A stretch of 64,000 nucleotides of DNA, taken from an uncultured Bacilli bacterium (GTDB lineage: Bacteria > Bacillota_I > Bacilli_A > RF39 > UBA660). The translations under genes were made by a program, and so were the position numbers. The notes beneath the pieces are model-generated. The model ran no database searches. It saw nothing but the letters and a program-made list of their open reading frames with translations, and was not told where the DNA came from. The stretch spans positions 17,120 to 81,119 of the forward strand of contig CANRPT010000002.1 in NCBI GenBank assembly GCA_947632565.1. Reading direction: 5' to 3'. Positions 41,234 to 49,988 of this stretch are shown here, piece after piece. The stretch's first letter is position 1. Each line of letters begins with the position of its first letter.

Positions 41234-41471
41234 TTTTTGATAATGTTTAAAGATTGATACTATTATTAATTAACACTAAGTTTTAAATTAAAAAAGAACT
41301 GTTCTGTATATTTATATCTCTTATTCTACAGATAACCCCTATCCTTCTCTCCCTTTATCTGTAAATCTACAGATTGCCGTTGAATAGCCGTTACATAATG
41401 ATATGTATTAGGGTTTTGGTATATTTACAGTTCTTTTGGGTTGATTGGAATCCACCATACTAACAATTTAA

Positions 41472-41624
41472 TTAGTAATATATAACAGCGGGCAGAGGCT
41501 CTGGTGGAACCTCTTGCTTGTTATTCGTTGCCATTCTGAGTTTACACTCAAGATCACATTCACTACAGTTGATAATATTATCTCGTGTAGGACATTCGTT
41601 AGAAATCGAATTTGAAGTCTTCAT
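41472..41624 (-). CDS. Small Cys-rich protein (start taken at the internal ATG)
   Basis: MKTSNSISNECPTRDNIINCSECDLECKL..., with two CxxC-like pairs. The ORF-track version (to 41654) overlaps the upstream gene more deeply. Confidence 0.4.
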   Translation of the reverse strand: MKTSNSISNECPTRDNIINCSECDLECKLRMATNNKQEVPPEPLPAVIYY

Positions 41625-42006
41625 GATTATCTCGACCAAATAAGTATTTGACAATCATAGGCTTACATATTCTTACAAATTCTTTTGCTGTATCTTTGTC
41701 TTTGAATTCCAAAGAAGTACCGACATGGGCACCAGCACGGCCAAGCGCACTGCTAGAACACAAATAGATCAAACCGGAAGGTTTTCTGTTATCTGTATAA
41801 TTCCAACCCCATACGTAATATCTTACCTCTCTTGGATCCATTGTTGTAGGTTTCCAGCCTTCATTTAAAGCTTTTGCAATGGTTTCTAACTTGATGAAAT
41901 TCCTAGTTTCATCTGTTAATTTATAGCTTTTATAATTAGCTACAGGATGAAGACCTAGTATTTTACATGCGTCTTCATAAGGTTTTTCTTTACTTAATTT
42001 AATCAT
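41599..42006 (-). CDS. Hypothetical protein
   Basis: Intact 135-aa ORF. Confidence 0.55.
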   Translation of the reverse strand: MIKLSKEKPYEDACKILGLHPVANYKSYKLTDETRNFIKLETIAKALNEGWKPTTMDPREVRYYVWGWNYTDNRKPSGLIYLCSSSALGRAGAHVGTSLEFKDKDTAKEFVRICKPMIVKYLFGRDNHEDFKFDF

Positions 42007-42102
42007 GCCTTTTTACGATTATAAGGTTCCATTTTCTTATGCTTAGGACGTTTTTTATATTCCGTCTTAGTTTTTACTTCTTTCTCCTTATCTTTTCCCA
42101 TA

Positions 42103-42588
42103 TTAAACAAGTTCTACTACGTCGTTGATTTCTTTTATATACTTACCTATATTCTCTAGATGAAAATCTTTTAGAACATTTATTACAACTGATTTGTTAG
42201 TTTTTACTCCTACTCTTTTTACTAAGTAAGTTATGACTTCTTTATGATCAGTTCTAAACGTACTGTCATTTACAAAATACTTGATAAACTCAAGTTTAAA
42301 GTCTTCATCAGTATGAAACAACATTGGATCTCCAACTGTTTCATGTATCTTATTACAGAAGGATATCAATTTGTTTTTAAATGTATCTACGCCTTTAAAT
42401 GTGTTATCATCTATATTAGGCATCATTAACTTAAGTAAATCAGTTTCATCGTATGTCTTTACATTAAGAGCATTTGCTCCTTCAGCATCTGTATTAGTAC
42501 ACACAGTAGATATGATATCTTTAATCAAATCTTCTTCATGTTTATTACTTCGGTAATTACCATTGATTAAAATTAATACTGCTTTCAT
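42103..42588 (-). CDS. Hypothetical protein
   Basis: Intact 161-aa ORF. Confidence 0.55.
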   Translation of the reverse strand: MKAVLILINGNYRSNKHEEDLIKDIISTVCTNTDAEGANALNVKTYDETDLLKLMMPNIDDNTFKGVDTFKNKLISFCNKIHETVGDPMLFHTDEDFKLEFIKYFVNDSTFRTDHKEVITYLVKRVGVKTNKSVVINVLKDFHLENIGKYIKEINDVVELV

Positions 42589-42590
42589 AA

Positions 42591-42836
42591 TTATTGATTA
42601 ATTATTGTTATTTCTATCTCATATTCATCTAACTGATTTTTAATTTCATCAGTAGATAATTCTGAGTTAATTTTAAAGTGTGGATTTAACTCCACTGTTA
42701 CACCTGGTTTGCTTCTAGCTATAGGTTTAGCTATGCTTATAGGCATTCCTAGTATGCTTTTTAATCCTAATAGGATTGCCAGAAATTGGTCACTATGCTG
42801 TGTTACAGAAGTGACATACCTCTTGTTTTTATTCAT
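42591..42836 (-). CDS. Hypothetical small protein
   Basis: Intact 81-aa ORF. Confidence 0.5.
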   Translation of the reverse strand: MNKNKRYVTSVTQHSDQFLAILLGLKSILGMPISIAKPIARSKPGVTVELNPHFKINSELSTDEIKNQLDEYEIEITIINQ

Positions 42837-43333
42837 TTTACATAGGCTTTAAATTGTTAGTTAATAAAATTGATGACGTTACTCTAGGGTATTCTAGAGT
42901 AAGAAACACATCTGTTAATGAATGATTCAAGTTATAATACCATAACTTTGAGACTAATACTAAAATGATTTCAAATGCACTTAACGCTTTGTGTTAATAA
43001 AGAAAATCAAATTTTAACATTACTTGTTAGAGTTTTATTCTATGACTCTCACATGTTTTAGGATTACTCCAGAGTACAAGCAGAAAAGGCTGTCAAACCT
43101 AATCTTATCACTCACCTGATTTTAACGTCCGCACGATCGTAGTATTTGCAATTATCAGTACTAATTAGAGCAATTGCCACCCTTCTTCTCCCGCTTAAAA
43201 ATACTACTTACGCCCCACAGGCTTGTCATCTTCTGAAGACTAACCTATTCTCACGAACTAATTAGCTATAAATTCACGTTTAACCATTAATCTTAATAAA
43301 TCTTTGTTAAATACTACTATGCATATACTTTCT
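42837..43333 (-). other. 497-nt ORF-free island
   Basis: No ORF on either strand. Contains a 9-bp hairpin TTACTCTAG-ggtatt-CTAGAGTAA near 42884-42907. Confidence 0.35.
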
Positions 43334-43783
43334 CTAACGCTTTAGAGAATCACGAGGATTCTTCACAGAATCTGTTGGGGTAATTATATCACGTTGAATA
43401 ACTGCGCCTTTAAGTATATCTTTAAAATGAGATTTGTTTGATTCATATATGGTAACTATGTCTCTATTTGACAATGATGTACCATGAGTCATTAAAATAT
43501 CAATTAAGATTGCATCTGGCATTGCTAAAAATATACTATCAATGCGCATTCCCTCTTTTACGTCTTCTCTAAATTTGAGAACTTCCTGTATAGTTAATAC
43601 AGGTTCTACTGCTTTCACAGTATCAATGCAAACTGATTCGTCTTCTGACGTAACAATTTTAGCAATAGGTTCATGACACATAAACACTATTACTCCAGTA
43701 GCGATTACAGCTGCAATAGCTACTAATAACCACCAAAATCCCTTTGATGATTTTCTTAATACTGGATATTGATTATCTTCCAT
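43334..43783 (-). CDS. Hypothetical membrane-anchored protein
   Basis: TM segment FWWLLVAIAAVIATGVIVFM. Ends in TAG. Confidence 0.55.
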   Translation of the reverse strand: MEDNQYPVLRKSSKGFWWLLVAIAAVIATGVIVFMCHEPIAKIVTSEDESVCIDTVKAVEPVLTIQEVLKFREDVKEGMRIDSIFLAMPDAILIDILMTHGTSLSNRDIVTIYESNKSHFKDILKGAVIQRDIITPTDSVKNPRDSLKR

Positions 43784-43969
43784 TTATCCCTCCGTTTCTT
43801 CGTATAATGATTGAACAACTTGGATACTTTCGGTTACTACAAATATTCTATCTGAAGCACCTATTTCAGTATTTCCGTCACATACTTCTGCGTAACAGAA
43901 TCCGTCACTAGCAATGAGAATTTCTTCTCCTGTCTCTTTGTCATGTACAATAAAACTTTTCTTTTTCAT
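43784..43969 (-). CDS. Hypothetical small protein
   Basis: 61-aa ORF. The start is preceded by the exact 16-mer TTAAAACATTATCAAA. Confidence 0.5.
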   Translation of the reverse strand: MKKKSFIVHDKETGEEILIASDGFCYAEVCDGNTEIGASDRIFVVTESIQVVQSLYEETEG

Positions 43970-43995
43970 TTTGATAATGTTTTAATAGTTAATAA

Positions 43996-44295
43996 TTATT
44001 TAATAGTATCACCAACAAAGTATACATTCATATATAAGTAATCTGTAACGTATACTTTATATTCTTGATCAGTAACTGGATTTACTAAACGAAATACATA
44101 GTCAGTTTCACTTTCTTGAAATTTATCTGAGACTATATAATGTTTATACCGTATTTGCAAATCCACAAAGTTATATGGATCTTTAGGAACATATTCTTTA
44201 AACATATAACAAATAATTATAATAGTTATAGATACTATTAATAATTTACTTATTCTGTTAAGAATATCAAAGTGACTTTTTACGCGTACTACCAT
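43996..44295 (-). CDS. Hypothetical membrane protein
   Basis: TM segment LLIVSITIIIICYMF. Confidence 0.5.
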   Translation of the reverse strand: MVVRVKSHFDILNRISKLLIVSITIIIICYMFKEYVPKDPYNFVDLQIRYKHYIVSDKFQESETDYVFRLVNPVTDQEYKVYVTDYLYMNVYFVGDTIK

Positions 44296-44376
44296 ATTAT
44301 TTATTTATTTCTTTCCATAACATAATACATTCATACACTACAACTACTACTACTACAATAGTAGCTACAATAGTTA

Positions 44377-44655
44377 TTATTGCGAACCACATTTATCACA
44401 GATTTCATTATAGATATCTTCCCAGAATTTAAAACCTTCTTTAGTATACATCCAAGGAAATGAGCATATTAGTATTCTACTTATTGGTCTAATACTAAAA
44501 AACCTAATCGCGTTATCATTATAATTTGTAGTAATTTCTCTCTTAATAATTAAGTTAGAGATATAAGAGGATAATGCATTATTTCTAATTAATGTAATTA
44601 ATAGTAAATAAGGCATATTGACTACAATAAGATGTCTTTTACTGTTTTTCTTCAT
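44377..44655 (-). CDS. Hypothetical protein
   Basis: Intact 92-aa ORF. Confidence 0.45.
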   Translation of the reverse strand: MKKNSKRHLIVVNMPYLLLITLIRNNALSSYISNLIIKREITTNYNDNAIRFFSIRPISRILICSFPWMYTKEGFKFWEDIYNEICDKCGSQ

Positions 44656-45369
44656 ATATACTTTGATTATTGATTAATACTCTTAAATAATTTAAATACA
44701 TTAGCTTCACATGCAAACTAGGAAGGTTTGTTTTTTAACATGTTACTAGACTCTATCACCACGATGAGGTTGTATTTATTGATAGAGAATACTACTACAA
44801 TACCTTATTAGCACGGATTTTACATGTAGTAGCTGGAATACGTGACATCCCTATATAATTTTTAGTTAGTAATCAAATAAAATAAAGTAAGCGCATTAAT
44901 ATAATAACTAGATATAAGATATATTAGATATCTCATTTGAAAAAGTTATTATAAGCTATGCTAAGAGCTATCTAGGATTAGGTATATAAGACATATTGAA
45001 TATCTTACTTGAAGATCTCATTTTCTCTTACTTTAAATGATACTTATTGTTCAGTTAGTATCAGACTGTCAAGCACATTATAGAGTTATCTCTATGTATT
45101 AATGTTAATACCTATTTCTCTATTACTTGCTTAGGATTGGTTACTTTCTATAAGGGTTGCACATCACAGTGAACCTAACTGTGACCCTCTTTACCACGTG
45201 GATTATTAATTATTAAATATCCAATAATTTAATGTGCATATAAATTAAGGATAAATAATAATTAATTACTTTGACTCTGCATTGTCCACCGACTTGTCAC
45301 GGCCTTCTTTGGTTGCATTAAAGTAGTAATACATGTGGAATTACACTATCTTCACAGACCGTGTAATTG
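44656..45369 (-). other. 714-nt ORF-free island
   Basis: No ORF of 60 aa or more. Local hairpins, for example CACAG-tgaacctaa-CTGTG. Confidence 0.35.
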
Positions 45370-45498
45370 TTAGTTTAATTTTTCAGAAAATCTCTTGCAT
45401 TTTACACCTATATCAGTACTTACTTCATACTGTTTGTTAATAGCTTCGTTACTGTTGATTGTTGTTGTATGTCCGTCTGACCAAATTATTGTATCCAT
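45370..45498 (-). CDS. Possible small protein (42 aa)
   Basis: MDTIIWSDGHTTTINSNEAINKQYEVSTDIGVKCKRFSEKLN. Below the ORF-track cutoff. Confidence 0.3.
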   Translation of the reverse strand: MDTIIWSDGHTTTINSNEAINKQYEVSTDIGVKCKRFSEKLN

Positions 45499-45582
45499 TT
45501 ATTCTTTTTCTTTTAAATAATAGTATATAATTATACATATTATGATTATTCCTCCTGCAAATTGTATCTGTGACCATTCCAT
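45499..45582 (-). CDS. Possible small TM peptide (27 aa)
   Basis: MEWSQIQFAGGIIIICIIIYYYLKEKE. Abuts the next small ORF. Confidence 0.3.
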   Translation of the reverse strand: MEWSQIQFAGGIIIICIIIYYYLKEKE

Positions 45583-45636
45583 ATTAATGAAAGTTTCTAT
45601 TTTAATTATGAGTTGTTATGGATAATAAAAAAGAAA

Positions 45637-45654
45637 GCCACTCCGAAGAGTGGC
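45637..45654 (-). terminator. Rho-independent terminator after gene 45664-46380
   Basis: GCCACTC-cgaa-GAGTGGC, with a T-run on the minus strand (TTTCTTTTTT). Confidence 0.6.
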
Positions 45655-45663
45655 AATCTTTTA

Positions 45664-46380
45664 TTAAACCATAGCTCCCTGTGGTGCAGTTTGCGGTTGT
45701 ACAAATGTTGGCTGCTGTTGTGGTGCAGTTTGCGGTTGTACAGTGGTTTGTACTGGTTGCTGAACTGTTGTGTCTCCCATTACATCATCTTGTGGTGCAA
45801 TTACTGGTGCAGTTTGCGGTTGTACATACTCACAATAATTGCTGAACTGAGCTACGCCTAGTTCATTTACACTGAATCCTGGACGATAAACTATTTCGTT
45901 GCCTAAGTCTTCGTCTCTTCCGAATATTGTAAATACACGGATAGATGTGTAAATAACTGGTGTAGAACCGTCTGCATTCATTACTTTATGACCTGCTGGA
46001 TAAGCTGGTCTACCTTGTGGTGCTAGTGCAGTTGGTTTACGTGCTGCAACTCCTACAAGATATTTCTTGTAAAAAGGTGCAGGTGCAATCCATTCAGCCC
46101 ATGCTCCATTAAGATATGCTAACTCATCAGGTAATGGTTGGTCTGCTTGTGCAATTCCTCCATTCTGTTGAGATAGCAATGGTTCATACATTCTGATGAT
46201 TGCTTCATCAAATACTGGTGGTAATGAGCCAGCTGCTGCTGCCCATACACCTGCTGTTGGTATTAATGATGCGGTCATAAAACGACGTTTTCCGTCTGGA
46301 TTAATAGTTGCATCAATTGTACCGTCGGGTTTTTGTCCAACTTTCTTAATTTGAACATTCATTAATTTGTAACGTGCCAT
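45664..46380 (-). CDS. Hypothetical protein, paralog of 46613-46993, with Q/P/T-rich repeat tail
   Basis: Shared N-terminus MA(R/K)Y(K/R)...V and the (I/K)VYRPG(F/Y) motif. C-terminal VQPQTAP repeats. Confidence 0.6.
   Translation of the reverse strand: MARYKLMNVQIKKVGQKPDGTIDATINPDGKRRFMTASLIPTAGVWAAAAGSLPPVFDEAIIRMYEPLLSQQNGGIAQADQPLPDELAYLNGAWAEWIAPAPFYKKYLVGVAARKPTALAPQGRPAYPAGHKVMNADGSTPVIYTSIRVFTIFGRDEDLGNEIVYRPGFSVNELGVAQFSNYCEYVQPQTAPVIAPQDDVMGDTTVQQPVQTTVQPQTAPQQQPTFVQPQTAPQGAMV
45682..45826. repeat. Three perfect 22-nt direct repeats inside the coding sequence
   Basis: tggtgcagtttgcggttgtaca at 45682-45703, 45721-45742 and 45805-45826. Confidence 0.8.
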
Positions 46381-46566
46381 AATAAATATATTTATTGGTG
46401 AATAATCGAAAAGCTATATATTAGTCTGGATGACTAAATGAGAGACGAGGAAAAGGAAGGAAAAGAGTGATGAGATGGATAGTACAATCACAAGTAACAT
46501 GACCGAACTCCGATAACTACACTATCAACTCTCCTTTATTCCTCCCCTTTCATGCGTCCCCAATTC

Positions 46567-46588
46567 TTGGTAGGTGTGCTTGACTTGC
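46567..46588. promoter_or_regulatory. Bipartite motif TTGGTAGGTG-N5-GACTTGC (copy 1)
   Basis: Same two half-sites with the same 5-nt spacer as 47434-47455. Lies about 190 nt upstream of the start of gene 45664-46380. Confidence 0.45.
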
Positions 46589-46612
46589 CCCTGTGCGCAG
46601 CTTTAAGCTAGC

Positions 46613-46993
46613 TTATACAGGTTGCATACTGTAATATTTATCCGGATTATCAGCTACATACTTACACATTAACTCATGTGGAGCATAACCTGGACGATAT
46701 ACTTTGTTACCGGACTCATCTTCACCATATATTGCGAATACTGGTACTACGTCTCCATATGGAGTAGGTACATCTATATGCTCTCCCATGAAGTATTTTA
46801 AATCGTCTGTCCAATAATCTCTCATGTATATTTGTGCTAATACTGAGCATGTACTTGCACTGGCTTCTTCAGTAAACGTGACGACATCAGATTCATCATC
46901 TGTATTGATTGCTGTAATTGTCATGTTAAACTCTATACAGTGAGTTCTTTTCTTAGCACAAAACTGAACACTAGTTACTCTATACTTTGCCAT
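46613..46993 (-). CDS. Hypothetical protein, paralog of 45664-46380
   Basis: MAKYRVTSVQF... and KVYRPGYAPHEL. Confidence 0.6.
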   Translation of the reverse strand: MAKYRVTSVQFCAKKRTHCIEFNMTITAINTDDESDVVTFTEEASASTCSVLAQIYMRDYWTDDLKYFMGEHIDVPTPYGDVVPVFAIYGEDESGNKVYRPGYAPHELMCKYVADNPDKYYSMQPV

Positions 46994-47027
46994 AATTATA
47001 TAATTTGATGTTAATAATCATAATAAA

Positions 47028-47049
47028 GGGCAGCCGCTAAGGACTGCCC
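47028..47049 (-). terminator. Hairpin terminator
   Basis: GGGCAG-ccgctaagga-CTGCCC, followed on the minus strand by TTTATTAT. Confidence 0.45.
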
Positions 47050-47115
47050 AAGACTAAAGGGTTCGTAGTTTCCCAAATATCGGCAACAGAGGCTGAAATG
47101 CCCCTGTTAGCCATG

Positions 47116-47193
47116 TTACTCAAAGTCGAACCAAGAGTCTACATAATCGTAGTCTTGTTCAGTAGGTTCGAAGATACAATCAGATAATCCCAT
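47116..47193 (-). CDS. Possible 25-aa acidic peptide
   Basis: MGLSDCIFEPTEQDYDYVDSWFDFE. It is the first minus-strand ORF after the divergent region. Confidence 0.25.
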   Translation of the reverse strand: MGLSDCIFEPTEQDYDYVDSWFDFE

Positions 47194-47433
47194 AATTGTA
47201 TAAATTAAAAGTTAAACATCCAATAATAGAAATACTGAGGCTTGAATTGCCTCAGTATTCTAAATATAACTCGACAGTGTAGTCGAGATTATCTTTAAGG
47301 ACATACTTGTCAATGTAATCATGCAAACTTAATTGAGATTTACTAGATGCCCAGCTTCTGATAATGGCTTTGATGTAGATGTTCATGATTTTAAATGGTT
47401 TTAATTAATGATGGCGGGGACTTCCCGCAGTTT

Positions 47434-47455
47434 TTGGTAGGTGGGGATGACTTGC
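47434..47455. promoter_or_regulatory. Bipartite motif TTGGTAGGTG-N5-GACTTGC (copy 2)
   Basis: In the divergent intergenic region, preceded by the GC hairpin GCGGG-gactt-CCCGC. Confidence 0.45.
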
Positions 47456-47522
47456 TGTACGCCTCCTCACACGCACAACCCCTCTCTAAATTTTTATCCC
47501 CCAAAATTTTTATAATATTTTT

Positions 47523-47584
47523 TGTTAAATAATGTTAAATTTCTGTAGTTAAATAGCTTTAAACATTGTTAATAAATGTTAAAG
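47523..47584 (+). promoter_or_regulatory. Array of five (T/A)GTTAA(A/T) boxes upstream of the first plus-strand gene
   Basis: Boxes start at 47523, 47533, 47547, 47567 and 47577, mostly at spacings that are multiples of 10 nt. Confidence 0.45.
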
Positions 47585-47717
47585 GAATGGGAACCAAACG
47601 TATATATGAGACGTTATAAGGGGAGTAAGAGGGGTAGTAGTACTTACTAGTTACTGTAATCTAAAGTAAGAGTAATAGTTTTTAACTACTATCATACCTT
47701 TACTTTAATAAACACAT

Positions 47718-47954
47718 ATGGAAGATATAAAATATAGATTTATTAATTTAAATAGTATATCTACAAAAGTACACAATAAACAGATACCTAAATACTTACC
47801 TTTTAATGAAGCTTATAACTTATACCAAAGAGCTAAGCATATAGGTAGAACAGATGATGGTTGGGCTCACATTATAGAAGTAAATAATTCACATTATCAT
47901 GTTACTTTAGATAGTGGGCATGTTTATATGACAGAAATAGAAATACTAAAGTAA
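47718..47954 (+). CDS. Hypothetical protein
   Basis: 78-aa ORF. Its stop overlaps the next start. Confidence 0.55.
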   Translation: MEDIKYRFINLNSISTKVHNKQIPKYLPFNEAYNLYQRAKHIGRTDDGWAHIIEVNNSHYHVTLDSGHVYMTEIEILK

Positions 47955-48238
47955 TGAATACAAAAGTAACTAGAAAACAAGTAGAAGAAGCTAGAAATTA
48001 CTTATATAACATTAATACACAATTAGGTATGACACTATACGATCCAGAATTAGCAGAGATAATCAAGAATAGAGAAGTAGTAGAAATTCAAGGTAAAAGA
48101 TACCATATAGAGAGTTCTCCTCTAGGTAATTGTGATGGTTGTTGCTTTATGGGTAAACAATGCCCACAAAGAGCTGTAACATATTGTACTTCAAACGGAG
48201 GAAATATTATAGTAGAAGCAGAACCAAATAAGAAATAA
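47954..48238 (+). CDS. Hypothetical Cys-rich protein
   Basis: Contains GNCDGCCFMGKQCPQRAVTYC. Confidence 0.55.
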   Translation: MNTKVTRKQVEEARNYLYNINTQLGMTLYDPELAEIIKNREVVEIQGKRYHIESSPLGNCDGCCFMGKQCPQRAVTYCTSNGGNIIVEAEPNKK

Positions 48239-48270
48239 TACGTTATAGTTAGAAACTAAGTAAAAAGAAT

Positions 48271-48621
48271 ATGGAAGATAAAGTACTAGAAACAGTAGTC
48301 AATGGAATAGGATGGGGTATGTTGAAAGATGTTTTAATTAAACCCCTTCCACCTACTATGGTTACTAAAGAGTTTACAGAACAAATACCTAATGGTAAAG
48401 TAGATGAGAATGGATTTAATGAGTATGATACTAAGACTGAGACTAAGGAAGTAGAATCTGATTGGGCTACAGGTATTGTACTACAGATTCCTTCACACTT
48501 AACAGATGTTAAATTTAAGGTTGGTGATACAGTTGCTTATAATAAAAAATTTGCAATGTATTTTGATCTGGTAAAAGATACCCAATTAGTGAAACCTTAT
48601 GACATTATTGCCGTTAAGTAA
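48271..48621 (+). CDS. Possible GroES/gp31-like co-chaperonin
   Basis: Pattern VLIKPL...GIVLQIPS...KVGDTVAYNKKF...YDIIAV resembles Cpn10. Weak call from memory. Confidence 0.35.
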   Translation: MEDKVLETVVNGIGWGMLKDVLIKPLPPTMVTKEFTEQIPNGKVDENGFNEYDTKTETKEVESDWATGIVLQIPSHLTDVKFKVGDTVAYNKKFAMYFDLVKDTQLVKPYDIIAVK

Positions 48622-48678
48622 TATAAATTAAGTTTTCATAAAGATAAAAAATTAGTTCGTTTGCAACATTACTAGAAG

Positions 48679-48705
48679 GCTCGACTTAGGTCGGGCTTTC
48701 TTTTT
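48679..48705 (+). terminator. Rho-independent terminator
   Basis: GCTCGAC-ttag-GTCGGGC, followed by TTTCTTTTT. Confidence 0.6.
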
Positions 48706-48708
48706 ATA

Positions 48709-48737
48709 TGTTAATTAATTGTTAACAAATGTTAAAA
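48709..48737 (+). promoter_or_regulatory. Three phased TGTTAA boxes
   Basis: Boxes start at 48709, 48720 and 48730, directly after the terminator and before the next genes. Confidence 0.45.
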
Positions 48738-48776
48738 GCTATTAACAATTATTCACAACTAACGTTTTATAGGCAT

Positions 48777-48860
48777 ATGGAAAAATTAATAGTAATGGGT
48801 CTCTGCTTTTCCATGATATGGCTTGCCGTATGGGGACTCAGTGATAAAAATAAGAAATAA
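48777..48860 (+). CDS. Possible 27-aa TM peptide
   Basis: MEKLIVMGLCFSMIWLAVWGLSDKNKK. Confidence 0.3.
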   Translation: MEKLIVMGLCFSMIWLAVWGLSDKNKK

Positions 48861-48861
48861 T

Positions 48862-49242
48862 ATGGAATATACATTTAAGAAAGATTTCGGCTTTTTCAAA
48901 GCAAACGATGTACTTACTTGGAATGAAGATATTGATGCCTTTACTATGGATGTAGAGGATGGTAATAGTTTTAGATCCGCAATGATTGATGAACGTACTG
49001 TTGAAGATCTGCGTTTGGAAGGTTTGCTGGTAGCTAATGCTGAACCTGAAAATGATAAGATCAATACTACTGTTGAATTCATTGATTCTTTACTTAAACA
49101 ATACGAAGATGATTACAAAGAAGTAACACAGAAGTATAAAGAAGGCAAAGTTCAACCGTGTGTTAAAGTAGAAGCTGAAACAGTTTATTTTAACCTTACT
49201 AAGGTATTAAATAAGATTAAAGAGGAATTGACGAATGAATAA
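48862..49242 (+). CDS. Hypothetical protein
   Basis: ATG 48862 lies within ORF-track entry 48823-49242. TAA stop. Confidence 0.55.
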   Translation: MEYTFKKDFGFFKANDVLTWNEDIDAFTMDVEDGNSFRSAMIDERTVEDLRLEGLLVANAEPENDKINTTVEFIDSLLKQYEDDYKEVTQKYKEGKVQPCVKVEAETVYFNLTKVLNKIKEELTNE

Positions 49243-49627
49243 ATTGGTTAAGAAAGTATCTAAAACCGATTTGTATAAAGAATTCTTAAAAAGCCTTAAT
49301 GGTATATTAGACCTTACTAATAGGGAGTTAGAATTATTAGCTACGTTTATAGACTTAGATATTAATACTCCTAAACTCCCTAATATTAGTAAGAATGTAA
49401 TAAGCGCTGAAAATAGGAAGTACATTAAGCGTACTCTAGGTATTACTCCCGATAATTTGAGCAGATATATAGCTAAATTTAAAAGTTAGGGTATACTAGT
49501 AAAAGGTGAAATAGAAGACGAGGTAAAAGTAAATAAAGTATTAATACCTGAGATAATCGGCGATAGAGTACAAATTACAATCATATTAAGATTAAATAAA
49601 GATGAAAATGAGATCATTCCTGCTTGA
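49235..49627 (+). CDS. Putative winged-helix DNA-binding protein; one in-frame TAG (49487-49489)
   Basis: Readthrough gives ...NLSRYIAKFKS-Q-GILVKGEIEDEV..., ending at TGA 49625-49627. The junction reads like a wHTH recognition helix plus wing. Confidence 0.5.
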
Positions 49628-49988
49628 GGCAGGAACAATAATAGCATGGAAGAAGTATCCGTATATCAAGAAACTATGGAGTAAGGTTAGGGGTAGACAG
49701 CTACCGTTTAACATGTTTACTATAGTACCTAGTCGAACAGAGTTGCTTACTTCAGATGATATGAGGGATATAGAAATATATGAACCTATACGTAAGTATA
49801 ATAAACAAGAACAATCTAAGATAAGTATCCTTGCTAAGGACACTTTATATAGTAGCGATTGGGTAGATGTAGCATCACTAATAAATATAGTAAGACCTAA
49901 CACGTTATTAGGGTCTATTACATTAGCTACATGTAAATATTATAAGAAAGTAGAATGGAATGAGAAATTAGACGAGTATATATACTAA
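49602..49988 (+). CDS. Hypothetical protein
   Basis: Intact 128-aa ORF. Confidence 0.5.
   Translation: MKMRSFLLEAGTIIAWKKYPYIKKLWSKVRGRQLPFNMFTIVPSRTELLTSDDMRDIEIYEPIRKYNKQEQSKISILAKDTLYSSDWVDVASLINIVRPNTLLGSITLATCKYYKKVEWNEKLDEYIY

Noticed and set aside
45613-45861. Plus-strand ORF 45613-45861
   Set aside because: It is antisense to gene 45664-46380, and its length is an artefact of the 22-nt repeats.
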